This document shows, piece after piece, positions 50,480 to 58,403 of a stretch of DNA of 58,403 nt. Below the pieces are notes generated by a model. The model was given only the letters and a program-made list of their open reading frames with translations. It did not search any database and was not told where the DNA came from. A program made the position numbers and the translations under genes. The stretch's first letter is position 1; each line of letters starts with the position of its first letter. The DNA comes from Octopus bimaculoides. Its lineage: Eukaryota. The stretch lies in assembly GCF_001194135.2 (NCBI RefSeq), contig NC_069000.1, positions 32,504,834 through 32,563,236 of the forward strand, in the 5' to 3' direction.

Positions 50480-53400
50480 AGTCAAACAGATTTAAATGTA
50501 AAACTATTTACAATCCACTGTCCCTGTAAGCACCCACGCGTCTACAACGAAATACTAAGATACGCAGCATCTCTTTACGCGCTAGACTTCGCATATACCG
50601 GGAGTGCAATTTCCCTCATCTACCAGGTACAAGACCCTAATGAATAAAAACAACTCCAACCATAGCACTTTTGCTACATCTGCACCAACACCAAAATCTA
50701 AATCAATTTGTAACCCTAAAATCTGCTACTATCCTCATCACTGGGGATTATGTCTACAACAAAAGTGTACGTTTACGCATCTACCCGGGACTTGAAATAT
50801 CATCGTTATCAACATATTCATCCATCCTCAAAGTCTCCATAAAACACACCGTTTTGCAGAAGTACCAGCATGTGCTTTTCCCTCAACTGAGGTCCCAAGA
50901 CCGCACCCAGCAAGAGCAAAGGCAAAACAAAGTCAACGGCCCCGACACAAATCTTTCCACCAACTCGGGAAACTGGAGAACATTTAGTAGGGACCTTAGC
51001 AAATCAAACAATCAACAGAACTGTCAGTGTAACCACAACTTCAGCCAACAAATTCTCCCTAGCAAGATAAATTGTTTTGTTTTTTCATTCATGCGCAACC
51101 TTACAAAAGAAATTCAGAAAAGTATCTAGGCTATCACATACAACCAACCCCTGACATTACCCCTGTACAGAAACTACCTTCCTCGCTGCCATTAAGCCTT
51201 AGGAATCTTTTGAGCACCACTCCAATCTCAACGTGTTTGCTGAATGCACAAAGCATCAGTCCATTTTTCAACTAAAAATTATAGGTTTAGTTATTAAGCT
51301 TCGGGTTACCGACTATCTTCATCATATTCCATTCTTGGTTTTTACTGAGACTCACCTTAACGACACTCGTAAACTGAAATAAAAGAGAGGAATTACACCA
51401 CCGTTCTCGCAGACTGCACCGGTAAAACAAAGGGAGGAGTTGCTATTTTTCTCCACGACTCATCTATTGCAGATACAAGTGTTTCTTTCTCCAATGGTTG
51501 TAATGAATCTATGTATACCAAAAGTAATGATATAGCAATGATTTTGCGCTACAGTCCACCCGAAGCACCATTACCGTGTTTCAAATATTACCGCATAAAT
51601 ACTAAGCCTTCCATTCACCAATTCCAATTTGATAATATTTTAGTAATGATTGACTGGTCTACTTATTCCTTGAAGAGAGCTGTATGCAATTCAGTCTCAG
51701 AGAAAGCAGCAAAGGAATCATTTTTCGAATTCCTGAACGAATTTTTCCTGTCCATACTCATGCTCGTGCCAACAAGATTCAATAAAAATACATTGGACTT
51801 AGTGTTTAGTAACCCCTTTTACTCTGAACATAATATTATAGAAGAAAAACTTTCTCTTCCGACCACGATATGGTTTTCTGTATTTTGAGATTCCGGCAAA
51901 CAAAACTGATGAAGTACGATCTCACTCCAGCACACCCGTTTGGCCTCATAGAGCAACACAGTGCTAAAAGGAATGCAGTTACACACGATCTTTCCGTCAT
52001 TGATTGGACTTTTACTCTCTGTCTCTCTCTCACTCCAAGTAGTATCAATACATCCTGGCAGCTATTTGTGAATGTTGTCACAAGTATATGTTCACACTGC
52101 ACTCCACTACGGACCAAGAGCAAAACTAAACACGGGCTCCCAGTAACAGAAGAGCACATATAATAATAAAAACGACTAACTGAAAAACCAACTGGCGAGA
52201 ATATTGTCAACTGCAATGCCCGCACTTGACAGATATAGTCTTATTGGAATCGAAGAAACATTATCTTCAAAACTGCATAAGGACTATCATTGATAGTCAA
52301 AGAATAGCAGGTGAAAGTGGGCCATTGAGAAAATAAAAGTCAATACCAAATTGTTTTCGTTCGCTAAAAAGCTGTGTCATCTGTTGGACCTGTGGTGGAT
52401 GAAGACAACAGCCCGCACAGAAACATGGTTGAGAATTTGCAGAAACAATGCTGTTCCACTTTCTACAATCCCAGCTTGGTCAGTCCTGACAGTATCGGTG
52501 AAACAAAGCCCCATCACACCCTCTAATATATCATTTGGCACCACAGATCTCATAGCAGCTATAAACAAAATTACAAACAACTTAGAAGCTGGTTATATTC
52601 CTGAAAATTTCCTTTCCCAGCCGATTATCCCACTTTTCAAAAAGGCAACCAATTGCTAACAGTGAATTACCGACCGATGTCACTTACCTTTCATATCATC
52701 AAATTATATTGAGCGTGATGAGATATCAAGTAACTCACTTCGTGTTGTCATCTATCTGGACTCCAGCAAGGCCTTCGGCCAAGGTGACCGCAGCATCCTG
52801 CTAAAGAAACTATCGAACACCGGAGTCCGAGGGAAACCATTAAAGTTGATTAAATGAATTCTGGTGAAGAGAACCCAGCATGTGGTGATAGATGGTGTTC
52901 GATCAAGCTCGGTAAGAGTTATCAGTGGAGTCCCACAATACACTGTACTGGGTCCAAACCCTTTTTATTTACGTCAATGATATCATTGACGCCATCAGCA
53001 GCATTAGAATATTCGCAGATGACGTTAAGCTTCTGAAATTCTTTCGGCAATGCAGGAGACCGAACTAATCTCTAATAGGATCTGCTGGCTTTTATCGGAT
53101 GCGCGGGAAAACACAATATGTAGCTAAATGAAAATAAATTTTAACTAATCTACTTTAGTAAAGAGTCTACACTTAAACTATCATACACTCTTCCCTCGAG
53201 CGAAAACCTTGTCGCATCGAACACAGCTAGGGAGCTCGCAGTAACTGTCAACAACTTAAGCTGGTGTGTCAACATAAACAATTAATTCGACATGGCCGAC
53301 AGGGCGTGTTCCTGAATCGTTGAAGACTTTTCGGTCTTGAGACCCTCCTACCATTATCTTTGTGTTCTTGATTTTCACCTGTCTTCACCTTAAATATTGT

Positions 53401-53870
53401 TCTCAGTTGTGGTCTCCCTAGAAGAAATAAAGTATAAAAAATGAAGCACCCAAGGGATCGAGTGAAAGGAAAGTAGACGACATAACAAGTCTTGATTATT
53501 GGGATCGTCTTGAGAATCTCAAACGTTCTTTCCGCCAACGCTGCTATGAGCGCTAGATCATTTCTATGATGCTCAAAATATTCCAGCAGATATTGGCATC
53601 GACTCTAGAATTCACCCAAGGTTTGGTCCCCGTGCCACCCATCCTTTACAAAAATCATGCTCGCGTCACCTCACAACACTAAGACAGAGTTATTTCGCTT
53701 CAGCTGGTCCTGCTGTCTTTAATGTCATGTCAAGATGCATAAGAGAATCAAAAGTTCGCATAAAATCCAAACGGGCCCTGAACGAATATCTCCAACAAAT
53801 ACTAGATAAACCCCTACACTTGGATATATCTCTGCAAGCAATAACGCATTACTCAAATGGGCAATGCTGT
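50480..53870 (+). mobile_element. Decayed CR1-type LINE (ORF1 remnant, APE endonuclease, reverse transcriptase)
   Basis: Broken motifs in the expected order: LLNAQSI (~51235), FTETHLND, KGGVAIFLH, PTRFNKNTLDLVFSN, IIPLFKK...NYRPMSLT, VIYLDSSKAF (~52750), SGVPQ.TVLGP (~52930), IRIFADDVKL (~53010), LKYCSQLWSP, DYWDRLENL. May extend 5' to about 49760. Confidence 0.9.
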
Positions 53871-54974
53871 TCAAAGAATGATTGTAAGAAGGAAATATTA
53901 TTAAATATCTTTTCCAAATGGTACTATTAATTTCGACATATCCTGGGCCAGTTCTTAGCGAAACTTATCTAAGTATATATAAGTTTTACACGCATGTATA
54001 GATACAATACTAGAACACATTATCAGTCCTGTATACTTTGATTCAGTGGATATCTGGACATTACAATAACCAACTTCAGTCAGGTGACCCGAGATAAGAC
54101 ACGAACACCAAATGACTGCATGATGCATTATTGAAGATATGCTCAAGAAGTACATCTGTAGATCTATATAGAACACACATAATTACACAAGCACAAACAC
54201 GCACACACCAACACATACACACACACGTATATATATATATATATATATATATNNNNNNNNNNNNNNNNNNNNNNNNNNNNNNNNNNNNNNNNNNNNNNNN
54301 NNNNNNNNNNNNNNNNNNNNNNNNNNNNNNNNNNNNNNNNNNNNNNNNNNNNNNNNNNNNNNNNNNNNNNNNNNNNNNNNNNNNNNNNNNNNNNNNNNNN
54401 NNNNNNNNNNNNNNNNNNNNNNNNNNNNNNNNNNNNNNNNNNNNNNNNNNNNNNNNNNNNNNNNNNNNNNNNNNNNNNNNNNNNNNNNNNNNNNNNNNNN
54501 NNNNNNNNNNNNNNNNNNNNNNNNNNNNNNNNNNNNNNNNNNNNNNNNNNNNNNNNNNNNNNNNNNNNNNNNNNNNNNNNNNNNNNNNNNNNNNNNNNNN
54601 NNNNNNNNNNNNNNNNNNNNNNNNNNNNNNNNNNNNNNNNNNNNNNNNNNNNNNNNNNNNNNNNNNNNNNNNNNNNNNNNNNNNNNNNNNNNNNNNNNNN
54701 NNNNNNNNNNNNNNNNNNNNNNNNNNNNNNNNNNNNNNNNNNNNNNNNNNNNNNNNNNNNNNNTATACACGCACATATACTTACATATAGATGTATGTAT
54801 GCGGGCATGCAAAAATGTATGCATATTCTCGATTTGTGATAACCATTTGTCATAGAGTTTATGAAACTCTTGGCTATCGGCATATAACATCTACGTAATA
54901 TAAGTAAACTCTATATTCTGTATTGAATACTTTCTTGTTCGATATAAACAATACTTATATATATATATATATAT

Positions 54975-55160
54975 GGGAGAATTCACGAAAAAACAACAGA
55001 CGAAGACAGGTGGTGTAAACAACAAATGGATGTATTAGTATTACGCTCAGGAATAGAGAAAGTCTTTAACGTTTCGAGCCTACGCTCTTCAACAGAAAGG
55101 AACACAGAAAGAAACAAGGAGAGAAAAAAAATATATGTATTGGTCAGCGATCTATCATAT
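54975..55160 (-). mobile_element. Penelope-like terminal-repeat remnant carrying a minimal hammerhead-like motif (55064-55099)
   Basis: Minus strand cttt-ctgttga-a-gagc-gtag-gctc-gaaa-c-gtt-aaag. Confidence 0.6.
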
Positions 55161-55257
55161 ACCTACATACATACATATACATATGTTCGTATATATATTG
55201 TATATATATATGTGTGTGTGTAAGTGTATACATCTATGTATAAAGATTGAAACGTAC

Positions 55258-56159
55258 CTCGGACTAGAATATCTTCCTTTTCAATTTTGTCTCCTGTTAT
55301 CTGATTCTGTACTTCCGATTCTTTAGACTGAATGCCATTGTCTCTGACGCAGAATTTCGCTGCACACACCTCCTTTGTTTGAATCTCGTTGCGCATTTGT
55401 AAAGCTTGTCTGGAATATTGCTGAGGCTCAACTTGTAATTGTGGGCGCTGTTGTCGAGGAAGTGGTGGTTTTTGATGTAGATGTTGATGTTGTTGTTGAA
55501 GTTGTTGTTGTTGGTGGTGGTGGTTTTGTTGGTTTGGTGGGGGTTGTTGTTGTTGTTGTTGCTGGTGTTGTTGTGGTGATTTCCTGTGTTGTTCTTGTAG
55601 TTGTAAATGTTGTTGTTGCTGGTGTGGAGGCGACTTATTTTGTTGCGATTGTGGCGGATGCTGTGAAGGGTGCTGTTGAGGTTGCAGTTGTTGATGTTGT
55701 TGTGGTGAATGGGGTGAGTTGGGTGACTTTGGCGATTTTGGCGATATCGGTGACTTTGGTGATTTTGGCGATTTGGGTGATTTTGGCGATTGCGGTGGTG
55801 CTTGTTGATTATATTGCTGTTGTGGATGTAGAGGATGCTGCTGCGGTTGTAGTTGCAAATGATGCTCTTGTGGTAATTGTAGCTGCCTTAGATTTAGAGG
55901 AGAGGAACGCAAGTTTAATGGAGAGTTTCTGGTGATCATCTGTTCATCATTTTGTTCCGGTTGTTGCTTCTGCTTTTGAAGCTGATACTGTGGCTGCTGT
56001 GTCTGCTGATGAAGATGATGATGCTGAAGAAGATGATGTTGATGATGAAGAAGATGATGAGGTTGTTGCTGTTGTTGTTGCTGTTGCTGCTGCTGATGTT
56101 GCTGTTGTTGTTGCTGTTGCGGTTGTTGTGGATGTTGTTGCTGCTGTTTTTGCTGTTGC

Positions 56160-56199
<40 letters not shown>

Positions 56200-56290
56200 G
56201 CTGTTGTTGTTGTTGTTGTTGTTGTTGTTGTAACTCATAACGGTGTGGAGAGCAATTGGTCACAATATCATGTTCTTGTTTTGGCAACAT
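55258..56290 (-). CDS. Candidate protein-coding exon: polyQ/His/Pro-rich region with (S-P-K)n repeats and tandem SPLNLR motifs; product unknown, possibly a nuclear regulatory protein
   Basis: Frame open across 55163-56344. ATG at 56290-56288 (MLPKQEHDIV) in aaaacgATG context. SPLNLR is encoded twice with 7 differences, all synonymous (55886-55924). All Ser and Pro variation across 10 SP units is synonymous (55703-55789). Complex tail QMRNEIQTKEVCAAKFCVRDNGIQSKESEVQNQITGDKIEKEDILVR ends at donor GAG|GTACGT (GT at 55257-55256, phase 1). The 5' boundary is uncertain. Confidence 0.6.
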
Positions 56291-56783
56291 CGTTTTAGAA
56301 ATGCTTTTGTTGGTTTGTTTGTTTTTTTTTCTGCTTTTCTTCAAAATTTTAATTATAACTCTATTTATAATAACTACAATTTATTTTAATTTTTATATTC
56401 TACAAATTTCTGAGGATTATTCAGAAATCTTACTTCGTCAACACAAACCAACTGTGCTACAGAGATACTAAGATGTTGATGCTAAAAGCAATAAATTTAA
56501 TATTAATGTTGATATTACTGTTTCTATTTTTGGAGCTCTGGATAATGTTGGTGTTGACCCTGGTGCTGTTGCTGAAGCTGCTGTCCTAGGCGTAGTTGTT
56601 ATTGATATTGGTGGTGTTATAATAGATGGTGCTGATGATGGTGATGCTGCTGTAAATGGTAGTGATAGTTTTGGTGCGGTTGCTTGTGTTCTCGCTGTTG
56701 TTTTACACCGAGTCATTATGTTACTAATGCATCATCCATTGATTTACAATAGCTAGTTAGAAGTACATATAGAAATAAACACA

Positions 56784-56816
<33 letters not shown>

Positions 56817-58016
56817 GTATATATATATGTATATTTATATATATATATATATATGTATTTATATTTACGTATAGAACTCTATATACATAAATATATTCAT
56901 ATATCTATGTATGTTGATGGTGATCTAATGATATCTTTCGTTTTTACTGTGTGTTTTGAAATGGAAGGAAAACAACGCCAATAACAGATGTTCATACAAC
57001 GAAATCCATGATATTCTTGGCACATTTGGATGGGTTATTTCTAGTATTTCACTGTACTTGGCAGCAAGTTATTATGTATGTGTAAGTGTTAGTGTCTAGA
57101 TACATGTATATGCGTTATTTCTGAAACAGCATAGTACTTTGTAGCAAGTTATCTTCAATGATGTTTTATAGTTTTCGTATATGAAGATATCATTTGCAGC
57201 GTTTCATAGTACTCGGTGGCGAGTGATTTTTTTTTCTTGTGGAAAATAGATTATTCTCTAGGTAAACACATATTATTGCTGTTGATTCATTGTACTTAGG
57301 TAGAGTTAGAGACTCTGACTCTGATATGTTACTGTCTTGGCACATATATAGATATGTATGTGTTATTTCTTGTAATGCATTGTAGTTAGCTTGGAGTTAA
57401 CCTGTGTTGTCTTTTATTGACTTGGTATTCATACGTATGCATTAGTCCCGGCGGTACAGTATACTTGGCTGCGAAACATCATTCGTAATGATATACTATG
57501 GTCATTTATATTGGAGTATAGATGTAGTTTTTCCCAGTCAATACCTTATTTTCAGGAGTCGTTATTCTCGGTTGTGTTATTTCTTGGGTTGCTTTTACTC
57601 TTGGAATGTTATTCCTGGAATGATTTTAGTCCCTACAGAAAAAAGGATGGCGTTAAGTCAGCGACCCCGAATTATTTGGAAATCGAAAACATTTGAAAAT
57701 ATATAAATAATCCGTAAAATATTAAAAATGGAACTAACAAAATGCTATAAGGAATGTTTATATATTTATGAGCAATTTTTGCGGTTTCAGTCCATACCAT
57801 TGTTTCATGCAAACTTACAACGCGCAGAAACAAACTCTCTGACAGAGGGGAAAGATTTATCTCGATGGGTTCAAGGGAATGAACATCGATAACCTTCAGG
57901 CTTGTTGAGTTTTCGGTAACATGTGTATCTATGATATTCTGCAAGTTATACACAAATTCACAAACATACACAAACACGCACACATGCATACACACGCGCG
58001 CGGGCATATATATCGG

Positions 58017-58287
58017 TATACTTGGGGATGGCCATACGTTGCCAATTAAGTGCACACGCTATATTGGTTTTCACTTCAGCTGTGATATCATTATTTTAGA
58101 TTATTTGCCAAAGATCTTTCGTCACACATCCTATAACCACTTCAACGATTCCCTACCCCAATATGGTAGGTGTGCCGAAAGAAATTTGACAAATAAACAG
58201 ACTGAAATAATGATAATAAAGTTGAAGTGAAGATCAAATCTATAGTGCGTGCGTTTAATTGGCAAAATATGACCAACCCCAAGTATA
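58017..58287. mobile_element. Older fold-back MITE-like element
   Basis: Arms of about 120 bp, roughly 75-80% complementary (tatacttggggatggccata... / ...tatgaccaaccccaagtata), a short spacer and TA termini. Confidence 0.7.
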
Positions 58288-58403
58288 ACAATATTTGGTT
58301 CAACACATGATTTCACGAGTTCACGATTTTCGAAAACAAATACGTACGTACATACATACGTACATACATACATATATATATATATATAAATATATATATA
58401 TAT

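Noticed and set aside
55375-55935. Val/Ala-rich + strand ORF (186 aa) and the acidic ORF 55990-56298
   Set aside because: Antisense shadows of the minus-strand Gln-rich frame. The SPLNLR synonymy, including first-position changes, favours the minus frame.
56468-56716. Thr/Ser/Pro-rich 82-aa minus ORF (mucin-like)
   Set aside because: A cryptic triplet tract with no coding signature and no usable donor before its stop. Kept only as a control or possible 5' UTR.

Overview
AT-rich, repeat-dense eukaryotic genomic DNA with six assembly gaps. The SINE content and extreme microsatellite load suggest a coleoid cephalopod such as Octopus; this is an inference, not a database result. No prokaryotic-type genes, rRNA, intact tRNA or CRISPR arrays are supported. 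Most of the window is mobile-element debris: four tRNA-derived SINE families, decayed Tc1/mariner elements (DD41D-like and DD37D), fold-back MITEs, R4/Dong-clade LINE fragments, a ~4 kb decayed CR1-type LINE, and Penelope-like repeats with minimal hammerhead-ribozyme motifs. Almost all listed ORFs are microsatellite or gap artefacts. The exception is a minus-strand low-complexity frame at about 55258-56290. It has a polyQ/His tract, ten Ser-Pro repeats and a duplicated SPLNLR peptide whose seven nucleotide differences are all synonymous, and it ends at a good splice donor. It is probably a real coding exon, so much of the window may be intron of that gene. Other leads are a 64-nt pre-miRNA-like hairpin, a 346-bp palindrome, three hammerhead-like motifs on that same strand, a head-to-tail SINE train and a ~55-60 bp target-site duplication. 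Repeat boundaries are approximate.
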